Part shown: positions 22,640 to 32,312 of the stretch, one piece after another
Position numbering within the stretch: the first letter of the stretch is position 1
Layout of the letters: each line of letters opens with the position of its first letter
Source of the DNA: a virus
Taxonomy: Duplodnaviria; Caudoviricetes
Strand: one strand, 5' to 3'
Length of the DNA stretch: 63,635 bases
Virus record (IMG/VR): IMGVR_UViG_3300017734_000002
Span: 1-63,635 of that record
Notes under the pieces: generated by a model
The model's input: the letters and a program-made list of their open reading frames with translations, nothing else
What the model was told of the DNA's origin: nothing
The model's database searches: none
Position numbers and translations under genes: made by a program

Positions 22640-25421
22640 TTCATCGGGTAACTGGGCTACAGGCTCTACTTGGGTAGGAGGATCAGTTCCTGCTGCTGAT
22701 GATTTAGTAGTTATTGCACATGGCCATAAAGTTACTTTAAACACAAATATACAGTCTGCTAAAACAGGTGATATTACCATTGATGGTAACTTACACTTTG
22801 CTACTAATGGTAAAATGCATCTACATGGTCGTATGACCGTCAACAATACTAGCAACAACAATGATTCAGCTGGTGAATTTGTTGAAGGCACAACAACTTC
22901 TGGTTCTTTGCTTAGTATGGCTAGCGGTACTGAAATAAAAATATCAGGAGATAATAGTGCGCAGCATGGTATACAAGTTTATAGTAGAAAGTGGTGCGGG
23001 GTTCAAATAGATGGTAGCGAACCTACATTAATAACAACAGTTAACGGTAACCATGCGCCTGATTCTTCTTATATAACAGTAGCTGACGCTAGTAATTTTG
23101 CGATTAACGATAGAATATCACTTTATAAAAGAGAAGATGATTATACACTTGTTAATGACGAGTGTTTCTTTGTTCATGATGTAGATACTATAAACGATAG
23201 AATATACTTTAAACAATACGTTTGCCCTGAAGCAACGATACAATCAGTTAGTGGATCTACAATAACAGTAGATGATGCTGCTGTATTTAGAATTAATTAT
23301 CTATTAATATTTGGTACAGGTAATAATAGAAATGTACTACGAGTCACAGATATAAACTTAAAAACAAATGTTATTACCTTTGGTAGTTCTGTCGACAACT
23401 CTCCCTCCTTAGTTGGTGCAAAAGTATATCAAACCGGCACCGAAAAATATCACATAAATGGAAAATTCTGCAGAAGAATCGCAAGTGCTATAGCTACAGA
23501 GTATGTAGGTGCTACTAATCTTAGAACTATTACTCTTAATGACGTAACTGATTTTTCAGTTGGTGACGAAGTGTATATACACGCTAGCTTTAGTAAACTT
23601 GGTGGTAATCTTGCTAGTAACTATTATTACACCTCTAGCGGTTTTGGAAGTACGTCATTAAATACTAATGAAGGTGTATGGAGGCTTAAAGCGAAATATA
23701 CTATATCAAGTATTGATACTAGCGCTAAAACAATAACAGTTGATAGAGATATACTTTTTAACGGTGCCGTAGGTGATCCTGTTGTAAAAATGACAAGAGA
23801 TGTTGTTATTAAAGCTTGTGATACCAGTGGTAATGATATAGCTGACGGTGACAGAGATACGGCCAGAGTTTTTTTTAATGTAAGATATTGGACAAGTAAT
23901 AGTTGGAACAATGCACCAACAAGAAGAGTAAAGATAAAATACGTACAGTTTTCTGGATTAGGATATAATACTAATGACAGTACGAACTTTAGAGCTGGTG
24001 TAACAATAGCTGGTTATGGTGGTTATTATGACACAACTATAAATGGCTCGTCAGCAGACAGTAACACAATACATAACAATAGCGGTGTATCACAAACCGG
24101 TGAGAATTATATAGACGGGTGTAGTTTTAGCTCTTATAATCAATATAGTAACGACGTGCGCGACGGCGATGATTATGGCTCTATATGTATAAGACATCCA
24201 TATGGTATGGTTAGCAGAAATCATATAGTAGTTGGTGCAGGTAGAGGAGTGTGGCATTGGAGCTCTCAATATTATATTAAGTCTCATGGACATATTACAG
24301 CACACTGTAATTACGCTTGTTCAAACCTAGAAGCTGGATATGAAATGCCTAACGAATATTCTTATGGCCAGTATTATAACGCTGAAGATTATGGTTTGAT
24401 GCTTTTTAATATAGGTAGACAAAACGATCAAGCTAAGGTAATGCACATGCGAATTGAAAATCAGCGTGGTTATGGTTTTTACTTTGGAGGATCTACAATA
24501 AGTCCTAATTATAGAAGATTTTTTGTTAATAGATATAAACAATTATGTAACCTAGCTGACAGTAATAACAACGTAATAGTAGATAACTCTAAAGTATACC
24601 CTAATGATTGGGATGCTACAATGAGTATATACGGGAAAGGTACGGGTGTAATTTACGCAAACACTTTACAAAATCACGGCAGTAGCCATCACGCTTTAAG
24701 AAGAGGTGGCACTGGTTGGAAAGGTACTTATGCTTTTACTGAACAAGGTTTTAAAGAAAATGAAAAAGTAACAGTTTTTTACAACATGACTAAGTTCGAA
24801 GGTGTACAAAACTTACGCAACAATCTTTGGGTTCCTTCTTGGAGTAGTAATCCAAATGCTTTTGGAATAATTAAAGTTCCAGCAAACTGTACAGTTGCGA
24901 TAAAATCTGTAATATATATACCTACAGACGAGCTTGATGGAACAGCGTCTACTTTAGGTAATAATAATCCACCTTATATTATAGCGTCTTATGCTAACAA
25001 TATGCTTTACGGTGCAAACGAATACGACGTTAATGATAACAACCATAGATTTGCTCAAGATGACTTAGACTTAGATGATTCTGATGAAACAGCTGATTTA
25101 AAAAACAGCACGCAAGCTCAAGGTAAATTATATCAAGGTTTTATAGAATACACTCAACACACTACAGCCGCTGATGGAGCTTGGGAAACAAAAACATTAA
25201 CAGTTCAACCACAGTATAGGGCTTACTTTTTAAGATTTGGTTATTACTTCTCAAATCATAATTTAGTTCATGAGGGTTTTTACGCTAAGGATATACAAGT
25301 TGCAATGTCTGTATCTCCACCAAATGGATTAGAAATGTGGCCTAATAATTTTGCTAAAGTTTCAGTAAGACCTTCAGCGAATTTTAATGTTGGTAAAAAA
25401 AGAATATCAGGAAGAATTTAA
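22620..25421 (+). CDS. Tail spike/receptor-binding protein with N-terminal G8-like domain and probable beta-helix
   Basis: ITSNSSGNW..STWVGGSVP..DLVVI.HGHKVTL G8-type start; N/G/Y-rich body. Confidence 0.6.
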   Translation: MATITSNSSGNWATGSTWVGGSVPAADDLVVIAHGHKVTLNTNIQSAKTGDITIDGNLHFATNGKMHLHGRMTVNNTSNNNDSAGEFVEGTTTSGSLLSMASGTEIKISGDNSAQHGIQVYSRKWCGVQIDGSEPTLITTVNGNHAPDSSYITVADASNFAINDRISLYKREDDYTLVNDECFFVHDVDTINDRIYFKQYVCPEATIQSVSGSTITVDDAAVFRINYLLIFGTGNNRNVLRVTDINLKTNVITFGSSVDNSPSLVGAKVYQTGTEKYHINGKFCRRIASAIATEYVGATNLRTITLNDVTDFSVGDEVYIHASFSKLGGNLASNYYYTSSGFGSTSLNTNEGVWRLKAKYTISSIDTSAKTITVDRDILFNGAVGDPVVKMTRDVVIKACDTSGNDIADGDRDTARVFFNVRYWTSNSWNNAPTRRVKIKYVQFSGLGYNTNDSTNFRAGVTIAGYGGYYDTTINGSSADSNTIHNNSGVSQTGENYIDGCSFSSYNQYSNDVRDGDDYGSICIRHPYGMVSRNHIVVGAGRGVWHWSSQYYIKSHGHITAHCNYACSNLEAGYEMPNEYSYGQYYNAEDYGLMLFNIGRQNDQAKVMHMRIENQRGYGFYFGGSTISPNYRRFFVNRYKQLCNLADSNNNVIVDNSKVYPNDWDATMSIYGKGTGVIYANTLQNHGSSHHALRRGGTGWKGTYAFTEQGFKENEKVTVFYNMTKFEGVQNLRNNLWVPSWSSNPNAFGIIKVPANCTVAIKSVIYIPTDELDGTASTLGNNNPPYIIASYANNMLYGANEYDVNDNNHRFAQDDLDLDDSDETADLKNSTQAQGKLYQGFIEYTQHTTAADGAWETKTLTVQPQYRAYFLRFGYYFSNHNLVHEGFYAKDIQVAMSVSPPNGLEMWPNNFAKVSVRPSANFNVGKKRISGRI

Positions 25422-25431
25422 ATAATAAAAT

Positions 25432-28400
25432 ATGTCAATACCATTTTTAAATAACATAATAATAGATGACGCTGGGCACATACAATTTAAAACCTCAGCA
25501 GGCACTGACGCTGGTAAGATAGATCAAGATGGTGATAACCTAGTTTTGAGTAATGCTATCGGTGATATTATTATTGGTAATGGTAGTGACGATGTTTATA
25601 TTGGAGATGGAACAAATGCTGTAGATATTAGGTTTGAGCAGAACATGGTTATATATGCTGATTCTAGCTCAACAAGAACTTTAACTTTAGGTGGTGCTAA
25701 TACAAATTTAATATTAGAAAGCCCGACAATTAACGGTTCCTTAACCTTAGGCGCCACAACAATAAACAATAAGCTTACATTTACAGGCACTTCCGGTTAT
25801 ATACTATTTGATCGCGAACCAACGGGCGATACAGGTGCTTACGACGGCACCACATCAGTTCCTATGATAAAAGTAGATAGAGATGGTAGTGAATTAGTAG
25901 TTTTAGAAAGAGTATCAGATAACGGAGCTTTACTGCTTGGTAATGATGATTCTGTTATAATAGCGGCTGGAGACACTAGAGGTCAGATAAGAGATAATAT
26001 TAATGAAAGCTCAGAAACTGTTATTTTTTCCGCTGAGAGTGGTTTTCACGCATATGGTTTTCCTGGCAATGACACAACTTGGTCAAATAGAAATGAATTT
26101 AGATTTAGATCAGAGAGTACAACAGCTAGTGATAATGGATTATATATAGGTGATGGTGGTAATACACAATTTATAGATTTAAGTAGAAACTTAAAAAATA
26201 TTGGAAATATAACTTTAACCGGTACAGTTGATGGTGTTGATATAGCTGCAAGAGACGCTGTGTTGACAACTACAACTAATACAGCAAATGCTGCTGCTCC
26301 AAAGGCAAGTCCAACATTTACTGGAGATATAACTATACCAAATAAAATAATACACAGCGGTGATACCGACACATACATGCAGTTTGAAGCTGCCGATGTT
26401 TGGAGAGTTGTAACTGGAGGTACTGAAAGATTAGACATTAACACTAACAGAATATTAGTTGGTGATGGTATGATGATGCAGTACGATGGCATTAGCACAA
26501 GTAATAGCGGTACTGTTGTAAAAGGTGGTTTTTTAAATCCTGCATCAGAAGCTAATATGGTTCATATACCGCATATTGTAAATGATTTAGCTGGGTTTAA
26601 TAAATGGAGCAACGCTACAATAACTACAAGTGGTTTTTATGCATCAAGAAGTGGTAGTTCAGGTAGTTACACTTATAGCAATGAAGTAACAAATACGAAC
26701 AGTGGTTGGGCAAACGCTTTTGATGCACACTCAAGCACAGCGGGTAGTTGGTACTCAGATAATGGTTCTGATGGTATTTATCAACACGGCACAGATACAC
26801 CAGGTGTAGTAGAATTAGAATGGACTAATGAAGCACAATATTCACTATGGGCTGGTATTGTATTTGGTTCAGGTAGTTTTACACCAACATATGTAAAAAT
26901 TGAAGCTTATAGAGCTAGCGCTTGGCAAACTCTTTGTGAGATAACTGATAATACAGACCAAGTTATATTAAGACAAGTTAATAGTAATAGTGGTACAAAC
27001 GCTGCAACAAGAAGATTAAAATATACATTAGGTGGTTCTGTAAATAATAGTTATTTTAGAATCCACTCTTTATACATGGCTAACTATGCCGCTGGAAATA
27101 ATAATCTAAACAACACAGGTACAGATACCACAAGAGGTGTTAATTTCTTAGAAAGATATAAAGATGGTTATTTACATGGGCATCTTAGACCTGGTAAAGA
27201 TGATACTTATGATTTAGGTTCTAGTAGTTATGAGTGGAAAGATGGTTATTTTGATGGAACTGTTTATTCAGACGCATTAAATATAAGTGGTAATATTACT
27301 GTATCTGGTACAGTTGATGGTGTTAATATAAGTGCTTTACCAACTTCCTTCGCTCCTACAAATGCTGATGCTACTCCTTCTTGGGTTCCATCAAGTGATC
27401 CAGGTTACTTAACATCGTCAATCGCATCTAATACATATCTTCCTCTTACAGGTGGCACTATGACAGGTGATTTAACTATTACTCATGCTAGTACACCTAG
27501 GCTTGTAATTACAGACACTACTAATGATGTAGATTTTAAAATTAGAGCAGCTAACTCATATGTTTATATAGAAGCTGATACTGATAATGACGCTGCTTCT
27601 ACTAGATTTAACTTTAAAGTAGATGGTAATTTAGTTCATGAGATTTTACCAACTAGCCAAATATCTCATGGTAACTTTACTATAAGAAAAGATGATGCAA
27701 CAGCTAAAGCGGTTCTTGATCTTTCAACAATAAAAGATCATACTGGTAGCGGTAACTTTGCTGCTGGTGATGATGTTGGTGTAATAAATTTTAAAGCAAA
27801 AGATAGTGTTGTTACAAGTGATTTAACAGTTGGTACTATTATAACAGAAGCAGATAATACATTTGCGGCTAACGATAAGAAAACAAGAATGAAAATGCAG
27901 GTATACACTGGATCTGCTTTAGAAAATGTTTTGTTTTTAGATTCTGACAAAAGTGCTACTTTTTATGGAAATATAATTACTAGTGGTACAGTTGATGGCG
28001 TAGATGTAGCAACTTTGAAATCTGATTTTGATGGATTAGGTACTGCTGCTAATTTTGCCTCTAGTGCTTTTGCGACATCAGCACAAGGTACTAAGGCGGA
28101 TAACGCTCTACCAAAAGCAGGAGGTACTATGACTGGTGATTTAACTTTAGACGATGGCTCAGGTGAATCACCACACATTGTTTTTCAAGATGATGATGAT
28201 GTCAAATTTAGAGTCTACAATGCAGACAACAATGACTTTATTATCACAAGAGAAAACAATAGTGGGGCTGACTTTATAATACGCGCTAACTCAACAGCGT
28301 ATACAAGCAGTTACTTAATGATTGGTGGTGCTACTGTTAGTCCAACAGCGATAGGCAACTGGAACACTGCTTACTCCCATTCTCAAGCAGCACATGCGCC

Positions 28401-30930
28401 ATCTAATGCAGAACAAAACGTACAGTCTGATTGGAATGCTACTAGTGGTGATGCGCTTATATTAAACAAACCAAATATACCAGCGGCTATTACAGATTAT
28501 GTATCTAAGGCAAATGGCGGCACGTTTAGTGGTGCTGTAACAATAGACGACAATTTAACAGTAACTGGCAATTTAATAATTACTGGTGACATAAACTCTT
28601 ATAACGTTACAGATTTAGATGTTGCTGATAAAACCATAACAATTGGTAAAGGTCAAACAGAATCTAACTCAGGTGGCTCAGGTATCATTGTTGATGGCTC
28701 TGGTGCAAATTTACTTTGGAGCGAAACTAATTCTGCTTGGGAATTTAATAAAAAATTAGAAGTTAAAAGTAAACTTACTGTAGACACTATTGATAATGCA
28801 ACATCAGATGTTGATAAGTTTTTAGTCTCTGATACCGGCGAAATAAAATATAGAACAGGCGCTCAAGTTTTATCTGATATAGGTGCTCAAGCCGCGGGAA
28901 GTTACCAAGCTTCTGGAAACTATATAACTGGCACAGGAAGTTTATCAGCACAAGATCTTACAGATATAGGCAACTTATCTGGTACTAATACTGGTGATCA
29001 AGTATTACCAACAGCTAGTTCTCTTGGCGCTGTTACAAAAACAGGCACGCAAACTATATCAGGTGCTAAAACATTTACAAGCAATAGTCACAAACATAGT
29101 GGGCATTACTACATGACTGCATATGATGCTGCCGGTAGTCACTACCCACACTTTTTAGACGGAAGTAATAATGGTGGAACAACTGTTAATTGGAGACAGT
29201 ATTACGGTTCTACTTATAAAACACATACATGGTCGTCAGATAGCTCTGGTAACATGGCGTTTACTTTTCAAGGACAAATCAAAGCTAATGGTGAATTAGA
29301 AGGAACAAGTTTAGATATAAACGGTAATGCAGATGTATCTGGTACTTTAAACATTCATGATGAAATACTAACAACCGCTGCTGGTTCTTTACTTGAGATG
29401 TATAAAAGCAGCTGGAATAACGCAACTAACCACGATGTACTATATTCTAGTTGGAATACATACGTTGGGGACTATTTATATTTAAAAGCACCCGGTAATA
29501 GTGTTAATGATCACGGTACAGCCCTTATTGGAGACGATGTTATTGCTTTTGGTAGGTCTGATGTTGAAACTGGAAGTCCAGAACTAACATCAGCAACAGC
29601 TCCACTTAGTGAAAACTGGTTTGTATTAAATAGCTCAAGCGCAACTTTTTCAGGAGGCGTAACTGTTGAGGGTGGAACTTTAGACTTAGGTAAAGCAAAT
29701 ACAGCGTCTGGTCATATTAATGCTAAAGAGTTAATGACATTTAATATTGACACAGACAATGATGATACTAATAGATACTTTGCTTGGTATACAAATAGTT
29801 CGTCTGGCTCTGGTACAGAATTATTAAAAATATTAGAAACAGGAGCCGCAACTTTTTCAGGTAATATTGTTATGGCTTCTGGTAAAACAGTTGATGGTGT
29901 AGATATATCCGCTTTACCAACTACTTTTGCCCCAACAAATGCTGACGCAACACCATCGTGGGTGCCTAGTTCTGACCCTAGTTACACTCCAAACGCTTTA
30001 CCACTAGCTGGTGGCACTATGACTGGTAATACTTTACACGGAGATGATGTAAGAAGTCATTATGGAGGAAGTAGTAATTTGAGCCTATATCACAAAAGTG
30101 GTGAATCATTTGTTGGTGGTGGTGGGCCTGATGACTTATTTCTTTCGCAAAGTAAAGGCTATATTTATATTGGAACAGCAGACAAGACAACATCTACTTT
30201 ATATATTGATTCTCAAAACAAAAAAGTAGGATTTAGAACGCAAACCCCTGGCGCTGCGTTTGATGTTAATGGATCAATGCGTGTAAGAAACCAATTAAAT
30301 GTTGGACACACTTCGGAGCAAAATCTATATGTTCACGGTGATGGTACTGCAGGTGGTCGATACGTAAAAATGGGTGACTACGGTAAGGGTAGTTATTTCG
30401 CAATGTCCAGTACTGAAAATCAACCTAAATATTGTACAGCTTTTGGAAGTGGAGGTAAGATAGTTGAAGACATGCGTATTGTAACTATTAAGTTATCAGG
30501 TGATGCGTTTAAATTATTAAGTACTACAGGAACAACTTTAATACCAGCGCCAGGAGCTAATAGCTTTATAATACCTTACGAGTGTATAATACATAATAGC
30601 GGTGGTACATCTGGTAACTGGACTAGTACTGCACAAACAACAGCAGCTATAGGTTTTTGTGACACTACCAATTGTACTTATCCTGGTCAATTCAATAGAC
30701 TATTTGTTATAAATAACACTTTACTAAACACCAACGCCGCTTGGTATTACGCGGCCGGTATAGGAACAACTGGTAAAGTTATGGCACTCAACAAGCCTTT
30801 ATTATTAAAAGCTTCTCAAAACCTTACAACAGTACCAACAGGAAATTGGTATATACAAATTAGATACCAAGTAATGAATAAGGACTCAGGACTTATACAA
30901 AACGTAGATATTACTAAAACCACTAATTAA
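25432..30930 (+). CDS. Long modular tail fibre
   Basis: Repeated GTVDGVD and LPxxGGTMTG shaft motifs, NVQSDWN, duplicated PTNADATPSWVPSSDP. Confidence 0.8.
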   Translation: MSIPFLNNIIIDDAGHIQFKTSAGTDAGKIDQDGDNLVLSNAIGDIIIGNGSDDVYIGDGTNAVDIRFEQNMVIYADSSSTRTLTLGGANTNLILESPTINGSLTLGATTINNKLTFTGTSGYILFDREPTGDTGAYDGTTSVPMIKVDRDGSELVVLERVSDNGALLLGNDDSVIIAAGDTRGQIRDNINESSETVIFSAESGFHAYGFPGNDTTWSNRNEFRFRSESTTASDNGLYIGDGGNTQFIDLSRNLKNIGNITLTGTVDGVDIAARDAVLTTTTNTANAAAPKASPTFTGDITIPNKIIHSGDTDTYMQFEAADVWRVVTGGTERLDINTNRILVGDGMMMQYDGISTSNSGTVVKGGFLNPASEANMVHIPHIVNDLAGFNKWSNATITTSGFYASRSGSSGSYTYSNEVTNTNSGWANAFDAHSSTAGSWYSDNGSDGIYQHGTDTPGVVELEWTNEAQYSLWAGIVFGSGSFTPTYVKIEAYRASAWQTLCEITDNTDQVILRQVNSNSGTNAATRRLKYTLGGSVNNSYFRIHSLYMANYAAGNNNLNNTGTDTTRGVNFLERYKDGYLHGHLRPGKDDTYDLGSSSYEWKDGYFDGTVYSDALNISGNITVSGTVDGVNISALPTSFAPTNADATPSWVPSSDPGYLTSSIASNTYLPLTGGTMTGDLTITHASTPRLVITDTTNDVDFKIRAANSYVYIEADTDNDAASTRFNFKVDGNLVHEILPTSQISHGNFTIRKDDATAKAVLDLSTIKDHTGSGNFAAGDDVGVINFKAKDSVVTSDLTVGTIITEADNTFAANDKKTRMKMQVYTGSALENVLFLDSDKSATFYGNIITSGTVDGVDVATLKSDFDGLGTAANFASSAFATSAQGTKADNALPKAGGTMTGDLTLDDGSGESPHIVFQDDDDVKFRVYNADNNDFIITRENNSGADFIIRANSTAYTSSYLMIGGATVSPTAIGNWNTAYSHSQAAHAPSNAEQNVQSDWNATSGDALILNKPNIPAAITDYVSKANGGTFSGAVTIDDNLTVTGNLIITGDINSYNVTDLDVADKTITIGKGQTESNSGGSGIIVDGSGANLLWSETNSAWEFNKKLEVKSKLTVDTIDNATSDVDKFLVSDTGEIKYRTGAQVLSDIGAQAAGSYQASGNYITGTGSLSAQDLTDIGNLSGTNTGDQVLPTASSLGAVTKTGTQTISGAKTFTSNSHKHSGHYYMTAYDAAGSHYPHFLDGSNNGGTTVNWRQYYGSTYKTHTWSSDSSGNMAFTFQGQIKANGELEGTSLDINGNADVSGTLNIHDEILTTAAGSLLEMYKSSWNNATNHDVLYSSWNTYVGDYLYLKAPGNSVNDHGTALIGDDVIAFGRSDVETGSPELTSATAPLSENWFVLNSSSATFSGGVTVEGGTLDLGKANTASGHINAKELMTFNIDTDNDDTNRYFAWYTNSSSGSGTELLKILETGAATFSGNIVMASGKTVDGVDISALPTTFAPTNADATPSWVPSSDPSYTPNALPLAGGTMTGNTLHGDDVRSHYGGSSNLSLYHKSGESFVGGGGPDDLFLSQSKGYIYIGTADKTTSTLYIDSQNKKVGFRTQTPGAAFDVNGSMRVRNQLNVGHTSEQNLYVHGDGTAGGRYVKMGDYGKGSYFAMSSTENQPKYCTAFGSGGKIVEDMRIVTIKLSGDAFKLLSTTGTTLIPAPGANSFIIPYECIIHNSGGTSGNWTSTAQTTAAIGFCDTTNCTYPGQFNRLFVINNTLLNTNAAWYYAAGIGTTGKVMALNKPLLLKASQNLTTVPTGNWYIQIRYQVMNKDSGLIQNVDITKTTN

Positions 30931-31018
30931 CATATGACAATAGCTTTTTAATTAAAGTACTATATATGTAATAATTATACTATGCAATAGTGCATAAATA
31001 ACAATTAAATTAAATAAA

Positions 31019-31294
31019 ATGGCAAAAAAAGAAAAAATAGTAGATTTAGCGCCTTCAATTAAAGAAGAAGAACTGAAAGAGCTTCAAGATGTAATTAACA
31101 AAATACAACAAGCTCAATCTCAATTAGGTCAAATGGAAACTCAAAAGTTTGGTTTATTAACAATGACTCAAGAGTTACAAATGAGCCTTAGAGCAATTCA
31201 AGAGAATCTAGAAAAAGAATACGGTAATGTATCTATTAATATTAAAGACGGTACTATAAGCGAGATAAAAGATGAAGCTGATAAGAAAGATTAG
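31019..31294 (+). CDS. Coiled-coil protein (possible assembly chaperone)
   Basis: Heptad-rich, ends LEKEYGNVSINIKDG. Confidence 0.65.
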   Translation: MAKKEKIVDLAPSIKEEELKELQDVINKIQQAQSQLGQMETQKFGLLTMTQELQMSLRAIQENLEKEYGNVSINIKDGTISEIKDEADKKD

Positions 31295-31490
31295 TATCGG
31301 TAAAGATTATAAAAATGAAGCTATGCACTACTCCGTAGGTCAAGAGGTCTACGGAGGGCATACTATTTGTCATATAACAGAAGAAGACGATAAGTTCAGT
31401 ATATTTATTAAAAAAAATGACGAGGTTTTACCTTGGAAAGACTTTAATAAAAACATGGCTGTAGCTGTTGAGTATAACTTAGAGTATTAA
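31272..31490 (+). CDS. Conserved hypothetical protein
   Basis: 72-aa ORF translationally coupled to its neighbours. Confidence 0.7.
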   Translation: MKLIRKISIGKDYKNEAMHYSVGQEVYGGHTICHITEEDDKFSIFIKKNDEVLPWKDFNKNMAVAVEYNLEY

Positions 31491-32083
31491 TGAAAAGTAT
31501 TTTTGACTTTGTTATAGAACCTATTGGATCTAGATATAACAACACTAAAGAGATTGAAGGTAAAAAACTTATACTAAATACTCAAATATTTACACATCAA
31601 AGCGTTAATAGGCTTGCAAAAGTTAAAAGTGTACCAATAACAGGTGACACTAATATTAAGGTAGGTGATCAAGTTGTTGTTCACCATAACGTTTTTAGAA
31701 GGTTTCATGACATAAGAGGTGTTGAAAAAAACAGCAGAAGTTATATAGATGATAAAAATTATCTATGTTCTTTTGATCAAATATTTTTATATAAAAACAA
31801 AGACGATTGGAAAGCACCTAAAGGCTATTCATTCGTAAAACCTATTGAATCTAATGATATTTTTAATCTTAACAACGAAAAACCTTATATAGGAATATTA
31901 AAGTTCCTAGATGAAACAATAGATAGTGTTTTTGAAAAAGGTGATTTAGTTGGATTTACGCCTAGTAGCGAATATGAATTTGTTATAGATGGTGAAAGAC
32001 TTTATAGAATTAGATCTCAAGCATTAACTATAAAGTATGAATATCAAGGAAACGAAAAAGAATATAATCCAAGCTGGACATAA
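31490..32083 (+). CDS. GroES-like protein (tandem GroES-type folds)
   Basis: AKVKSVP..IKVGDQVVVH and KGDLVGF..EYEFVIDGERLYRI. Confidence 0.6.
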   Translation: MKSIFDFVIEPIGSRYNNTKEIEGKKLILNTQIFTHQSVNRLAKVKSVPITGDTNIKVGDQVVVHHNVFRRFHDIRGVEKNSRSYIDDKNYLCSFDQIFLYKNKDDWKAPKGYSFVKPIESNDIFNLNNEKPYIGILKFLDETIDSVFEKGDLVGFTPSSEYEFVIDGERLYRIRSQALTIKYEYQGNEKEYNPSWT

Positions 32084-32312
32084 GGCTGTTGAAGAGCTAA
32101 TTAAAGTAGCTAAAGAAGCTATTGTTGATTCAGATGATGATATATCAGCTGATAGACTTAAAAATGCTGCTGCTACTAAAAAACTAGCTATATTTGATGC
32201 TTTTGAAATATTAAACAGAATACAGGAAGAAGAGGATATGTTGAATGAAAAACCTAAAAAAGTAGAAGAAAAGAAGGCTTTTGGTGGTTTTGCAGAAAGA
32301 AGATCTAAATAA
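32037..32312 (+). CDS. Probable terminase small subunit
   Basis: Helical 91-aa ORF immediately upstream of terL. Confidence 0.55.
   Translation: MNIKETKKNIIQAGHKAVEELIKVAKEAIVDSDDDISADRLKNAAATKKLAIFDAFEILNRIQEEEDMLNEKPKKVEEKKAFGGFAERRSK

Noticed and set aside
25432-30930. Diversity-generating retroelement target in the tail fibre
   Set aside because: No reverse transcriptase in the window, and repeat differences are synonymous rather than adenine-specific
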